Below are positions 20,527-31,027 of a stretch of 64,000 nt of DNA, one piece after another. Below the pieces are notes generated by a model, which was not told the origin of the DNA, did not search any database, and was given only the letters and a program-made list of their open reading frames with translations. The DNA is from an uncultured bacterium. Its GTDB lineage: Bacteria; CSSED10-310. Where the stretch lies: contig CAYOJK010000012.1 in assembly GCA_964404285.1 (NCBI GenBank), positions 11,494-75,493 on the forward strand, in the 5' to 3' direction. Every line of letters begins with the position of its first letter. Within the stretch, counting starts at the first letter, position 1. The position numbers were made by a program, and so were the translations under genes.

Positions 20527-23499
20527 ATGAAAGGGTTGACATTTGATCAGGTTGAAAGATATCGAGGAGCAGCCTTGGTCTTGGAAATGCTTCGAGAATT
20601 CGCTCCAGAACCCAATATTTTAGATATTGGAGGCTATTTTGAAACACTCACAGGCAACCCCTTGTTACCCTGTCATCAGATTCTTAAAAATTGTAAATGC
20701 TCCGTTGTCGACACGGTCGCCGCCGACTTGCCAGGATACCAGTCTATTTCTCCTGACCAACCGCTCCCCTTTGACGATAACGCGTTTGACTTGACGATAT
20801 GCATGGATGTTTTTGAGCACATTCACCCGACCAGACGCATGATATTTTTAGATGATGCCTTACGAGTGACATCGAATGTTCTTTTGCTTGGAGCCCCTTT
20901 TTACCATGAGCATCGAGTTGTTGCCGATCGCTGGCTTGCACATTATCACAACCTTTTGTTAAACAAAGCCAATCCTATGTTGCAGGAGCATCTAGAAAAC
21001 GGCTTGCCTGAAACAGAGCCTTTTCTGTCGATGTTGAAAAAGCGTGGTCTTCACTATACCTCTTTTATGAACAGTGATTTAGGCAAATGGCGACTTGTCA
21101 TGGCCGTAAAACATCTGTTGCAGTTAAGCAGCGGACCCGATGCCGTCATGACTTTTGAATATGAACTGTTACCTTTGGCGGAACCCGTTTGCACATCAGC
21201 GCCGGGTTATCGGGACATGTACGTCATATTCAAAAATCCCGATTGGTTCACAGATACTTTTACTCAGAGCCTGACTTCAATAAAGAACGAAACCAGTCAA
21301 AAAAAACATGATTCCGTCAGAGAACTTAACACTGTTGTCAGTCAATATCTGGAATATGCCGGTAAAACCATTACAGAATTTCGCCAAACGCAATATGATC
21401 TTTCCTTTTCTATCACTCAATTACAGCGCACCATCCGTTTACTTCAAATCGATCTGGATCGCCTCCATATTCAAGCAAGAGAACAGGATCTGTCCACCCG
21501 TATAAAAGATGCCTGTATACAGGAGAAAGATGCTTATATAAACGACTTGATTGAACAAATCGAGCGACAGAGTCAAGAAACGAAATACCATGTTCAAGAG
21601 TATGAAAAAGGGCTTGATAGTTTAAAACATTCAGCGTCGTTTCGAACAGGACATGCTATTCTGTCTCCGTTTAGAGTTGCCGCAAATCTTTTCCGAAAAA
21701 CACCGCCTTCACCATCTGAAACACAAACAATACAATCTTCGGAATCTCTTCAAAAAACCAAATTAGAGCCATCTGTTGAGAGCATTGAATCTGAACAATG
21801 GGATTCACGTGTCAAGCTTCTTGATAATAAGCATCTTTTCTCGATTCTTGTACCGGTTTATGCCACCGAGGAAAAAATATTGCGAGCAACACTGGAGTCG
21901 GTTCTGGCACAACGGTATCCCTTCTGGGAACTATGTATCGTGGATGACGCTTCACCTAACGAAGAGCCGCGCCGAATCGTTCAAGAATATGCTCGGAAAG
22001 ATCCGGAGCGTATACGCTTTTTGTTCAGCGAAACAAACGGAGGTATCGCTGTTGCGACCAATCAAGCGGCGAAAATGGCCAAGGGCGAGTTCATTTGCCT
22101 TTTGGACCATGATGATTTACTTGATCCTGAAGCTTTAATGGAAGTTGCTCTTGAACTTCAGGTCAAGCCGGACACGGACTACTTCTATTCTGATGAAGAT
22201 AAAGTGAACATGGCGGGAGATGAATTCAGTCAGCCTTTTTATAAACCTGACTTTGATCCGGACCTTCTTTTATGCAACAACTACCTGAACCACTTTTCCG
22301 TGATTCGAAGGTCGCTTTTCGAATGTGTCGGGGGATTTCGTGAAGGCTTCGACGGAAGCCAGGATTATGATTTGTATCTTCGTGTCACCGAAAAAGCTCG
22401 TCGTATCGTCCATATTCCCAAAATTTTATATCACTGGCGCATGATTCCCAATTCAACGGCAGTCGATCCCGAAGCAAAAGGTGGTTTATATCGAGAAAGC
22501 TCCGTCAAGGCTCTTCAAGCCGCTATTGAAAGACGTGGTTTAAAAGCACAGGTTGAAAAAGGGCTGTCACCCGGTTCATATCGAGTTCGCTACGATGTCG
22601 GTGATCATCCCAAAGTCTGTATAATCATTCCCACACGAAATGCTGTCGATCTTTTGGATACGTGTATTACATCTATCGAAAAACACACTATTTATCCTAA
22701 TTATGAAATTTTGGTTGTCGATAACAATAGTGACGATATCCTATTGCACACTTTTCTGGATACAATGCAAACCAAAAACAAGCGGTTTCGATCGGTTAAG
22801 CGCCCTGGACGATTCAATTTTTCATCCATCAACAACTATGCAGTTCAACACACGGATGCCGACGTTTATCTTTTTTTAAACAATGATATTGAAGTCACTG
22901 AAAGTGGTTGGTTGACAGCAATGATGGAACATGGTCAACGCGAAGAAGTCGGTGTTGTCGGCGCCAAATTGCTCTATCCGAATGGATTGATCCAGCATGC
23001 TGGAGTCATATTGGGTATGGGCGGAATTGCCGGGCATCCGTTCAAAGGTATGCCTGAAAATAATGGAGTTTACTTTGGCCATTCCAATATGATCAAAAAC
23101 TATAGCGCTGTAACGGCTGCCTGTTTGCTGATAAGGAAAACTGTTTTTGAAGAAGCAGGGGGATTTAACGAAGAGCTTGCTGTTTCATTTGGCGATATTG
23201 ATTTGTGTATGGAAGTTCGACGGCGAGGTTATCGGATACTTTACACGCCTTATGCTAGGTTGATTCATCATGAGAGCCTCAGTAGATTGGATGACAACGA
23301 TCCCGTTCGCAGACCACGTTTCAATGCGGAAATTACCTATATGCAAACCAAATGGGGCAATACCCTGTATGAAGATCCCTATCTCAACCCCAACCTGTCA
23401 ATTTTGGAATATGACATGCGTCTGAGATCAGAGGAAGAAAACAGCGCTTTGGAAAAATTCCGCAAGGCATTCAGCGGGTTCATTCCTGCTATGGAATAA
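20527..23499 (+). CDS. Multidomain glycosyltransferase: N-terminal methyltransferase-like domain, coiled coil, two GT2 (family 2) domains
   Basis: 'ILDIGGYFE' MTase-like motif. Two GT-A segments: 'FSILVPVYATEE...CIVDDAS...CLLDHDD' and 'VCIIIPTRNA...LVVDNNS...LFLNNDIE'. 'DxD'-type motifs are present in both. Confidence 0.8.
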   Translation: MKGLTFDQVERYRGAALVLEMLREFAPEPNILDIGGYFETLTGNPLLPCHQILKNCKCSVVDTVAADLPGYQSISPDQPLPFDDNAFDLTICMDVFEHIHPTRRMIFLDDALRVTSNVLLLGAPFYHEHRVVADRWLAHYHNLLLNKANPMLQEHLENGLPETEPFLSMLKKRGLHYTSFMNSDLGKWRLVMAVKHLLQLSSGPDAVMTFEYELLPLAEPVCTSAPGYRDMYVIFKNPDWFTDTFTQSLTSIKNETSQKKHDSVRELNTVVSQYLEYAGKTITEFRQTQYDLSFSITQLQRTIRLLQIDLDRLHIQAREQDLSTRIKDACIQEKDAYINDLIEQIERQSQETKYHVQEYEKGLDSLKHSASFRTGHAILSPFRVAANLFRKTPPSPSETQTIQSSESLQKTKLEPSVESIESEQWDSRVKLLDNKHLFSILVPVYATEEKILRATLESVLAQRYPFWELCIVDDASPNEEPRRIVQEYARKDPERIRFLFSETNGGIAVATNQAAKMAKGEFICLLDHDDLLDPEALMEVALELQVKPDTDYFYSDEDKVNMAGDEFSQPFYKPDFDPDLLLCNNYLNHFSVIRRSLFECVGGFREGFDGSQDYDLYLRVTEKARRIVHIPKILYHWRMIPNSTAVDPEAKGGLYRESSVKALQAAIERRGLKAQVEKGLSPGSYRVRYDVGDHPKVCIIIPTRNAVDLLDTCITSIEKHTIYPNYEILVVDNNSDDILLHTFLDTMQTKNKRFRSVKRPGRFNFSSINNYAVQHTDADVYLFLNNDIEVTESGWLTAMMEHGQREEVGVVGAKLLYPNGLIQHAGVILGMGGIAGHPFKGMPENNGVYFGHSNMIKNYSAVTAACLLIRKTVFEEAGGFNEELAVSFGDIDLCMEVRRRGYRILYTPYARLIHHESLSRLDDNDPVRRPRFNAEITYMQTKWGNTLYEDPYLNPNLSILEYDMRLRSEEENSALEKFRKAFSGFIPAME

Positions 23500-23760
23500 T
23501 TAATCCCAAAGTATTTCCTGCCCTGTGCGTCGATCAGGAAGGCGTTGGCCGGCGTCGGGAAAAAATATGATTCCACTCATAATAGCCCCCATAAGATCAG
23601 AATAATTCGTTCGGCATCATTTGATTGGAACACAAAAGACGATCTGATATCAAACTGTTTATATCTCTTTCGCTCATCTTGAAACTTTGTCGATCTGTGA
23701 AATTATTAACTGATGTATAGTGAGTCGTTTGATTTAGGAGCTTAGGTTTTATAAACTCAA

Positions 23761-25521
23761 ATGCCAGTGGAGATGGCGCCTAGTATGAGAAAACAAGAAA
23801 AAACCGCAATAATCGTCGCTTTCGTCGATTTGTTATCTATTATCGTCAAGTTTTTCCTGGCAGCGTTAACCGGCAGTTTATCCATTATGGCCGATGCATG
23901 GCATTCATTCGGTGATTTGATCACGACTATCATGGTGTTTATCGCTCTGGTTTTAGATCGAAAAGAAAAAATCAAAGATGTTGACGCTGCTGACAAACAG
24001 GCTCGGTTTATTCGGCGGTCTTCTTGGGAACCTCGTGCGTGTGTGATAATCGGGATCGCTTTGATAGCTGTCGCAGCAAGAGTATTTAAAGAAATCTTCC
24101 TTGGAGGCACACCGGAAATCATTCGATACCCGGTTATTGCTGCTGCGATTGTGTTGCTCTTGATGCTGTTCAGTTATATTCGGTTTCGATTTGAAGAGAG
24201 TGTCGGCAAAGAAACTGATTCTCCAGCTCTTGTCGCAGACGCTTACCATTCAAAAGTCGATATTTACTCGTTGACATTGGCGCTGATTTCGCTTTTGAGT
24301 GAACACTTGGAAATTCGCATCGATCGCTGGATGGCCGGTATCATTGCTCTGATGATTTTAGCGATCGCCTTGAAAACGCTTTATAACGCTTTTTCCATCA
24401 TGCTGACTCAAAGCAATCAGGTCATACCGAAAGAACGAACCGTTGAGGACAAAGCAATTATATTCACGGTTGGTTATATCCATACTAAAAAGGATCACCT
24501 GATGTCCCGTTTAATAAACCGGTTTAACCTGAAAAATCCTGAAAAAACACGGCAACTTAGATCACGTTTTATTTCGGCAGGATTGGCTCTGGCCGTTATT
24601 GTCTGGATTTTATCCGGTTTTTATATCGTCTCGTACAGTGAACAGGCGATTATTGAGCGATTGGGCAAACCCATCGACATCCTGAATCCTGTCGGTCCTG
24701 GGTTACATTACGATTGGCCTAGGCCTATCAGCCGTATCAATCGTGTTGATACGGATTCTGTTCGTTGGATGCGTTTGGGATATGTGACCAAGGAGAGAAC
24801 GGATATTATTCTATGGACCAAAGCACACTATTTAAAGGAATACTCCGTTTTGACCGGGGACGGCGCGATTGTTGAGTTGGCAGCTAATCTCCACTATCGG
24901 GTTGTCGATGCGGGTGCGTATCTTTATTCGGCCATTGAACCGGAAAGCCAACTTGAATTGATGTCGTATGAGACCTTATGCCGGTTGGCCGCTCAACATT
25001 CCCTTTTCGATATTTTGGCCTACGGTCGTAAAAAATTTGAACAGACAGTGACAGAATCAATTCAGTCTCTGGCAGATGCAGCTAATTTGGGAATTGAGGT
25101 TGTGCAAATTTGTTTTCTGGATGTGCACCCACCAATGGAAGTAGCGCCGGCTTTTGAGGATGTCGTGAGCGCTCAAGAGGACTTGGAAACCTACATTGAG
25201 CAGGCCAGAGGTTATTATAAAGAGACTCTTCCATTGACGACTGGTGAAGCTGCATCCATGATAGTTCAGGCAGAAAGTTATCGGAAAGAAATCGTTGAAA
25301 AAGCTGGCGGACAGGCTGACGCATTCCTTTCTGTCACCAATGCCTTCAAGCGCCACAAATCAATAAACAGATACCGAGTAAGGTTTGATGCCCTTGATTT
25401 TTGGTTATCAGGAAAACCTTTATGGCTGATTGACAGTCGTGTATCGAAACGGCCATTGGATCTGTTTATCTCCCAATCAAACCCAAACACGGTTTCAGGG
25501 GTAATGGTTAACGATGAGTAA
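23761..25521 (+). CDS. Fusion protein: N-terminal 6-TM cation diffusion facilitator (CDF)-like domain + C-terminal HflK-like SPFH/band-7 domain
   Basis: CDF TM2/TM5 metal-site motifs 'SLSIMADAWHSFGDL' and 'ADAYHSKVD' (HxxxD x2). Then 'IVSYSEQAIIERLGKP...' SPFH domain and HflK-like C-terminal helical region. Confidence 0.7.
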   Translation: MPVEMAPSMRKQEKTAIIVAFVDLLSIIVKFFLAALTGSLSIMADAWHSFGDLITTIMVFIALVLDRKEKIKDVDAADKQARFIRRSSWEPRACVIIGIALIAVAARVFKEIFLGGTPEIIRYPVIAAAIVLLLMLFSYIRFRFEESVGKETDSPALVADAYHSKVDIYSLTLALISLLSEHLEIRIDRWMAGIIALMILAIALKTLYNAFSIMLTQSNQVIPKERTVEDKAIIFTVGYIHTKKDHLMSRLINRFNLKNPEKTRQLRSRFISAGLALAVIVWILSGFYIVSYSEQAIIERLGKPIDILNPVGPGLHYDWPRPISRINRVDTDSVRWMRLGYVTKERTDIILWTKAHYLKEYSVLTGDGAIVELAANLHYRVVDAGAYLYSAIEPESQLELMSYETLCRLAAQHSLFDILAYGRKKFEQTVTESIQSLADAANLGIEVVQICFLDVHPPMEVAPAFEDVVSAQEDLETYIEQARGYYKETLPLTTGEAASMIVQAESYRKEIVEKAGGQADAFLSVTNAFKRHKSINRYRVRFDALDFWLSGKPLWLIDSRVSKRPLDLFISQSNPNTVSGVMVNDE

Positions 25522-26410
25522 AACAATGAATACCAAAACTATAATTGTTCCCGTGATCATCCTCGGGATATTGATTGTGCTCTTGGCCTTGAGTCTTTAT
25601 ACGGTTTCAACGGATGAGTATGCCGTTATCACACACTTTGGGAAACCGGGAAAAATCCATAAGCAGCCCGGGCTCTATATCAAATGGCCGGCGCCGATAT
25701 CTGTGGCAAACCGAATAGACAAAAAACTCCAGGCTTATGAAACACCATTGATCGAATACCTCACCGGTGACAAGAAAAACCTGTTAATCCAAGCCTATAT
25801 TTTATGGCGAGTGAACGATCCATTGGTTTTCTTTCAAGCAATTCACAACACGGAATCCGCACGACAAAAACTCGACGATGTTGTCTGCTCATTAGTCGCA
25901 TCGACTTTCGGTGAATATCGAATGGATCAGATCATTTCGACAGAGATCGAAAACATACAAACAAGCAATATTGTCGACAAAATCATTGCCGACTCCCAAA
26001 AAAGAATCAATTCCTATGGGATCACCATTGAAAAAGTCGGTTTTTCCCGGATTGCGCTTCCTGACGACAATGCCAGAAGTGTTTACCGACGGATGATAGC
26101 TGAGCGATCGGCTATCGCTAACGAATATCGCGCACAAGGGAGACAGCGAGCCACGGAAATACGAGCGGAAGCGGATAGGGAGCGAAGTGATATTTTGGCT
26201 GTAGCGTACCGTGATGCGGAAATTATTCGTGGTCAAGCGGATGCTGAGGCTGCGGAAATATATGGAAAAGCCTATTCACAAAACCCGGAATTTTTCGCAT
26301 TCATCAGGACTTTAGAAACTGAGAAAAAGATCATGGGGGAAAAAACTACCGTGATTCTTTCCATGGACTCGGAATTGTTTGAACCCCTTCATCAGAAACA
26401 GACACGATAA
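25514..26410 (+). CDS. hflC: HflC-like SPFH/band-7 protein
   Basis: Single N-terminal TM, SPFH domain. C-terminal 'YSQNPEFFAFIRTLETEKK' matches the HflC tail. 8-nt overlap with the upstream gene. Confidence 0.75.
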   Translation: MSKTMNTKTIIVPVIILGILIVLLALSLYTVSTDEYAVITHFGKPGKIHKQPGLYIKWPAPISVANRIDKKLQAYETPLIEYLTGDKKNLLIQAYILWRVNDPLVFFQAIHNTESARQKLDDVVCSLVASTFGEYRMDQIISTEIENIQTSNIVDKIIADSQKRINSYGITIEKVGFSRIALPDDNARSVYRRMIAERSAIANEYRAQGRQRATEIRAEADRERSDILAVAYRDAEIIRGQADAEAAEIYGKAYSQNPEFFAFIRTLETEKKIMGEKTTVILSMDSELFEPLHQKQTR

Positions 26411-26414
26411 AGAA

Positions 26415-27440
26415 ATGAATAACAGCCACTCTCCACAACCTACACCTTTAAACAGTGATTTTGATCATCAATTGTCAATGATGAAAAAAATTCTGTCACG
26501 CTCCTACGGCATCGCTCTGATATTGCTGGGATTACTCTATGTATCAACCTGTGTGCGCCAAGTTAAAGTTCAGGAAACCGGTATCGTCTTACGATTTGGA
26601 AAAATTGTTCGACACCATGTCGATCCAGGTATCTGTATTAAAATGCCGTGGCCTATTGATAAGTTGATAACAGTAAAAACCCGCTCAGTCGAAACCATCC
26701 AAGCCGGATTTGGCGCTGATCCACAAAAAGTTGATGATTTTGAGCGTATGTATGGCCCTATTGAGCAGATGGCGCAAGGAACCCTGTCCATACCCTATAT
26801 TGTCACCGGCGATAAAAACATTTTACACTTGCTTGTTCTGGTCAATTTCATGATCAAGGATCCCGTCACCTATTTGTTCGATGTCGGGCAACCTTCAAAA
26901 ATTCTGGAATTACTTGTTCAGAACGTCATTCTTGACAGCGTATCCGGCATGGAAGTCGATCAGTTGTTAGTCTCCGGAAGAATCGAACTGCGTGACCTTG
27001 TCGCAGACCGACTGGCAGACCTTATGAAACAGCATCGCCTTGGGTTGGATATTTTGTCGGTCGAAATACGCAATGTCAGGCCGCCTCGATCGACTATTCA
27101 TGCGTTTAACGACGTTATAAACGCGCAGGAAGAGAGCCGTGAAATCGTGCATCAAGCAGAAGCTTATGCGATGAGCATCATGCCTGAAGCACACGCAGAT
27201 GCTTTAAAAATGACGACAGATGCCGAAGCTTATAAAAACCGGGTTCTTGAAACCGCTCGAGGAGAAGCCGGTCGTTTTGAGCTTCTTGCCGCTGAATATC
27301 GAAATTATCCGGAGGTCACACGAGAAAGACTTCGACAAGATGTGCTTGCAGAGGTCTATCCAACTATCACAAAATATGTCTTAGGCTCCGACAGCAGTGG
27401 AGATCTTCCAGCAAATTTACGTTTTTTATCTGCACCCTGA
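26415..27440 (+). CDS. hflK: HflK-like SPFH/band-7 protein
   Basis: N-terminal TM, SPFH domain 'VKVQETGIVLRFGKIV...'. HflK-like coiled-coil C-terminus 'AFNDVINAQEESREIVHQAEAY'. Confidence 0.7.
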   Translation: MNNSHSPQPTPLNSDFDHQLSMMKKILSRSYGIALILLGLLYVSTCVRQVKVQETGIVLRFGKIVRHHVDPGICIKMPWPIDKLITVKTRSVETIQAGFGADPQKVDDFERMYGPIEQMAQGTLSIPYIVTGDKNILHLLVLVNFMIKDPVTYLFDVGQPSKILELLVQNVILDSVSGMEVDQLLVSGRIELRDLVADRLADLMKQHRLGLDILSVEIRNVRPPRSTIHAFNDVINAQEESREIVHQAEAYAMSIMPEAHADALKMTTDAEAYKNRVLETARGEAGRFELLAAEYRNYPEVTRERLRQDVLAEVYPTITKYVLGSDSSGDLPANLRFLSAP

Positions 27441-27494
27441 ATTGGTTTTTTTCTCAACTGACCAGCCCCTGACAAATCAGAGTCATAAATTTAA

Positions 27495-29336
27495 TTAAGT
27501 TTCTATTTTCAGCCGCTGCATTCGGTATCTTAGCGTCGATTCCGACAATCCCAATGCTTTTGCCGCCTTTGTCACAATCTTACGATTTTGTTCCAAAGCC
27601 GTAAGAATCAGACTGGTTTCCAATGCGTCCAACTGACAACGTAAACCCATGCTTTTAGGAGAGGCCCCTGAAGGTTGATCACACAGCCTATACGGTAAAT
27701 CGCCGATCTGTATTTCATCTTCATGACACACTGCCGCTATATAACTCATCATGTCACGTAACTCTGTGATATTGCCAGGCCATGAATGACGAACAAGCAA
27801 CTCCGCCACCTGAGGATTGAATTCGGGCACAGCTCGATTTGACGGTAAATATTCACGCAGAAAATGTTTTGCCAACAACAGTATGTCTTCATTTCGCTCT
27901 TTCAATGATGGTAAAAACAGCTTTGTAGGATAGGTCAATTCCAGCAGCTCGGAACTGAATATGTTGTCTCCAACCATTTTTTCCGGATGAACAGAAGACG
28001 ATACGATTAAACGAACCGAGATATTTATAAACCGCCGGCCATTGTTTCCGGGTAAACTCTCACCACTCAATGCAACCGCCAACTGCTTCTGAATATCAAG
28101 CGGAACCGCCGTTATCTCCTGAATATAAAGTGTTCCATCACGCGCAATTTCAAACAACCCAGGCTTCGTTTCGTTTTCTTCCGCCCCAAATAAAACCTCC
28201 TTGATTCTATCTCGAGGAGTCGATAAAGCATCCATAAACACAAACGGAAAATCTTTTCTATCACTGAAAACATGAATCCGCTTGGCTAATGTCAAACGGC
28301 CGGTTCCACGTTCACCCTGTATAAAAACGTGGCGGTCTGATCGAGCGACACGCATCGCAATGAACATCAGTTGCTGATATTTTTTGTTTGAACTATGACT
28401 CTTAAGTTCAGTTTCTGTGGGTATTTTACCAAAAAAGTGTAATCGTTCAGCCTCATATCCGCTGAGTTTATTTTCCTGAAGCTTTTGATCGATAATTCTT
28501 GTTATCGCCACAGCGAATAACCGGGCCAAGTGACACAAAATGCTCAGGTCATCATCGTTAAAAGCTTTCTTTCCGACAGATCGATCAAGATAGATGACGG
28601 TTCGGGTTAACCCCGAATCGATACCCGCGGCACATATAAAAGATCCTATACCCTTTTTCCCAAGAGCAGCAAAATGGTCTTTCGATTTGGCTTTAGGCAA
28701 AGCAATGCAAGCGCCTTGTTCTGCTGCCACATCACATATATCGGATGGATAATGAACAATCTCACCTTTTTTTGCATGGATCGTTCTGCCGGTCTCACTA
28801 TCGGAACATTTTAAAAGAGCAATTCCATTGTCTGCATCCAGAACACTCATTATCTTTCTCAATATCAGACCTGATTGCTGTCGGCTGAACCTAAAGTTCA
28901 TAATATCATCGAATACACCAATTAAATCCTTTGCGTTGGCGCTGAAAAAACCCGTATCTTTTTCAAGTATCTCTGAAACCGAAAGGTAGTGGGATGGAGA
29001 AACAACCAAATCAAAGCTTTCAGCTTTCATTTCGCCTTTGATTTCCAAACTTATAGTACTATTTCCCATACGGATAGACGTTCCAGGAGAAATTCGTTTT
29101 TCTCGGGTAATCGGCGAATTTTTGATATAGGTGCCGTTTGAGCTTCCCAGATCACTGATCGTTATCTTGTCAGGCGCCTCTATTCGTAAAGCGGCATGTC
29201 GCCGCGAAATCTCCGGGTCAAGAATCCTTACATCACAGGAAGCATCCCGACCAATAATAACTTCGTTCTTTTCTAATAGAACGCTGCGGGTTTTACTGTT
29301 AGGAGCTTTGATACGCAAGCTAATTGAAATATTCAT
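27495..29336 (-). CDS. FHA + GAF + sigma-54-activator-like (degenerate AAA+) + HTH transcriptional regulator
   Basis: FHA 'VIIGRDASCDVRILDPEISRRHAAL...SSNGTYI'; GAF-like middle domain. AAA+ region has 'GERGTGR' in place of GESGTGK, 'FGAEENETKPG' in place of ELFGHEKGAFTGA, and 'LYIQEI' in place of LFLDEI. Fis-type HTH at the C-terminus. Confidence 0.75.
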   Translation of the reverse strand: MNISISLRIKAPNSKTRSVLLEKNEVIIGRDASCDVRILDPEISRRHAALRIEAPDKITISDLGSSNGTYIKNSPITREKRISPGTSIRMGNSTISLEIKGEMKAESFDLVVSPSHYLSVSEILEKDTGFFSANAKDLIGVFDDIMNFRFSRQQSGLILRKIMSVLDADNGIALLKCSDSETGRTIHAKKGEIVHYPSDICDVAAEQGACIALPKAKSKDHFAALGKKGIGSFICAAGIDSGLTRTVIYLDRSVGKKAFNDDDLSILCHLARLFAVAITRIIDQKLQENKLSGYEAERLHFFGKIPTETELKSHSSNKKYQQLMFIAMRVARSDRHVFIQGERGTGRLTLAKRIHVFSDRKDFPFVFMDALSTPRDRIKEVLFGAEENETKPGLFEIARDGTLYIQEITAVPLDIQKQLAVALSGESLPGNNGRRFINISVRLIVSSSVHPEKMVGDNIFSSELLELTYPTKLFLPSLKERNEDILLLAKHFLREYLPSNRAVPEFNPQVAELLVRHSWPGNITELRDMMSYIAAVCHEDEIQIGDLPYRLCDQPSGASPKSMGLRCQLDALETSLILTALEQNRKIVTKAAKALGLSESTLRYRMQRLKIET

Positions 29337-29572
29337 GAAATCCTCCTGATAGGCGGAAATTTTAAATTTTCCGGCAGGACGCACACATCTAGAAAAAACC
29401 TTTTTCCAAGCCTATTGTAACTATTGATTGACCTTAAATCGACAAAATTTTACACTCTCCCTCGGCACATGCTGCCATTCCAATCTTGGTATCTTGAATA
29501 TCAAGATAGAATCATAACTGCAATGCCGGGTAAACTGCCGGATGCGCTGAAGAAAATATTAAGGAGAAGGTA

Positions 29573-31027
29573 ATGGTTGATGTGGATAAATTACTCGAAA
29601 CCGCCTTGAACGAGGCGGCGAACAAAAAACTCGAATTTTTGGAAAGCCATTGGGGAAGATACCAAGAACAATTCCTCCGAGCTCGCGACCAGGTAGTCGA
29701 TATTATTTCGGATAAAACCAGTGAAGGAATGAATGTCAGAGTGTTTCACAAAGGCGCTTGGGGATTTGCTGCCGGCATCGTCATGACAGAAGACGATATG
29801 GCCAAACTTGTTCGAAAAGCTATAGAGGTAGCTAGAGCCGGGGCTAGAATTTCCAAAATACCCATTGTCCTGACACCATTAAAGGCCTATGAATCACAAT
29901 GGCAATCAGCTTTTCAAATAGACCCGTTCACTGTCCCATTGCAGGAGAAACTCGATCTTTTACTTGCGATAAATGCGTCTATGGCAGGTGTAAACCGTGT
30001 CAGTGAGACGTCATCGAACATGTTTTTCCATAGAACCGACAAAAAATATGTCAACACGTTAGGCAGCCGTATTGACCAAGTGATGGTGAGCGGAGATGCT
30101 GATTTCTATGCTACCGCTGTAGGTAACAATCGACATGAAACAAGGAGCTATCAAAGCTTGCAACAGGCAGTAGGATATGAAGGTATCCGACCTGATGACC
30201 TTTTAGCCGCTGCGCCTCGTGTTGCCAGGGAAGCCGTTGAACTGTTGGATGCCAAGCCCTGGGATGGTAACACAGCAGACCTGATTTTGATGCCGAACCA
30301 CACTCGCCTTGTCATTCATGAATCCATCGGACACGCTACCGAACTCGATAGAGTCCTGGGATGGGAATCCGATTACGCCGGAACATCTTTTGCCACCCCG
30401 GACAAATTGAATCACTATCGATACGGTTCGGAACTGTTCAATGTCACCGCTGATAGAACACTCCCAAATGGCCTGGCAACCTGTGCTTTTGACGATGAAG
30501 GTGTTCCGGCGGATAGATGGAAACTCATCGAAAACGGTATTTTAGTCGATTACTCGACAACGCGTGATACCGCGCCTTTGATCAGCCGAAAAAACAGCCA
30601 CGGTTGTTCCCGAGCCGATCATTGGAGTTCTTTTCCTATTCTCAGAATGGCAAACATCGGCATCGACCCTGGGCCGAAAGGTTCGCCTACGCTGACTCAA
30701 CTGATTGAAGACACGGATAATGGTATCCTGGTTGATGGAATGGCCGCTTTTAGCATCGATCACCAGCGCCTGAATTTTCAATTCAGCGGCGAATATTGCA
30801 GACGTATTCGAAAGGGAAAAATTGAAGAACCACTATGGAATATTGTTTATGACGGCGCCAATCCAACATTCTGGAGTTCTCTCGACAGCATCTGCGACGC
30901 CGAAGAATGGCGACCTTATGGTCTGATGGGCTGTGCAAAAGGTCAACCCGTTCAAAACGCCACCTTGACACATGGCAGCGCACCATTACGCCTGAAAAAT
31001 ATCTCGATACGGAGGAATGCGAAATGA
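29573..31027 (+). CDS. tldD: TldD-family metalloprotease
   Basis: 484 aa; 'HESIGHATELD' HExxxH zinc motif; PmbA/TldD fold. Confidence 0.85.
   Translation: MVDVDKLLETALNEAANKKLEFLESHWGRYQEQFLRARDQVVDIISDKTSEGMNVRVFHKGAWGFAAGIVMTEDDMAKLVRKAIEVARAGARISKIPIVLTPLKAYESQWQSAFQIDPFTVPLQEKLDLLLAINASMAGVNRVSETSSNMFFHRTDKKYVNTLGSRIDQVMVSGDADFYATAVGNNRHETRSYQSLQQAVGYEGIRPDDLLAAAPRVAREAVELLDAKPWDGNTADLILMPNHTRLVIHESIGHATELDRVLGWESDYAGTSFATPDKLNHYRYGSELFNVTADRTLPNGLATCAFDDEGVPADRWKLIENGILVDYSTTRDTAPLISRKNSHGCSRADHWSSFPILRMANIGIDPGPKGSPTLTQLIEDTDNGILVDGMAAFSIDHQRLNFQFSGEYCRRIRKGKIEEPLWNIVYDGANPTFWSSLDSICDAEEWRPYGLMGCAKGQPVQNATLTHGSAPLRLKNISIRRNAK

Noticed and set aside
20354-20647. 97-aa minus-strand ORF overlapping the start of the large glycosyltransferase
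   Set aside because: No RBS or motifs; overlaps a strongly supported + strand CDS.
29463-29480. Possible sigma-54 promoter 'TCGGCACATGCTGCCA' upstream of tldD
   Set aside because: GG and GC elements are 8 nt apart instead of the obligatory 10, and the -12 element is TGCC rather than TTGC. Not called.
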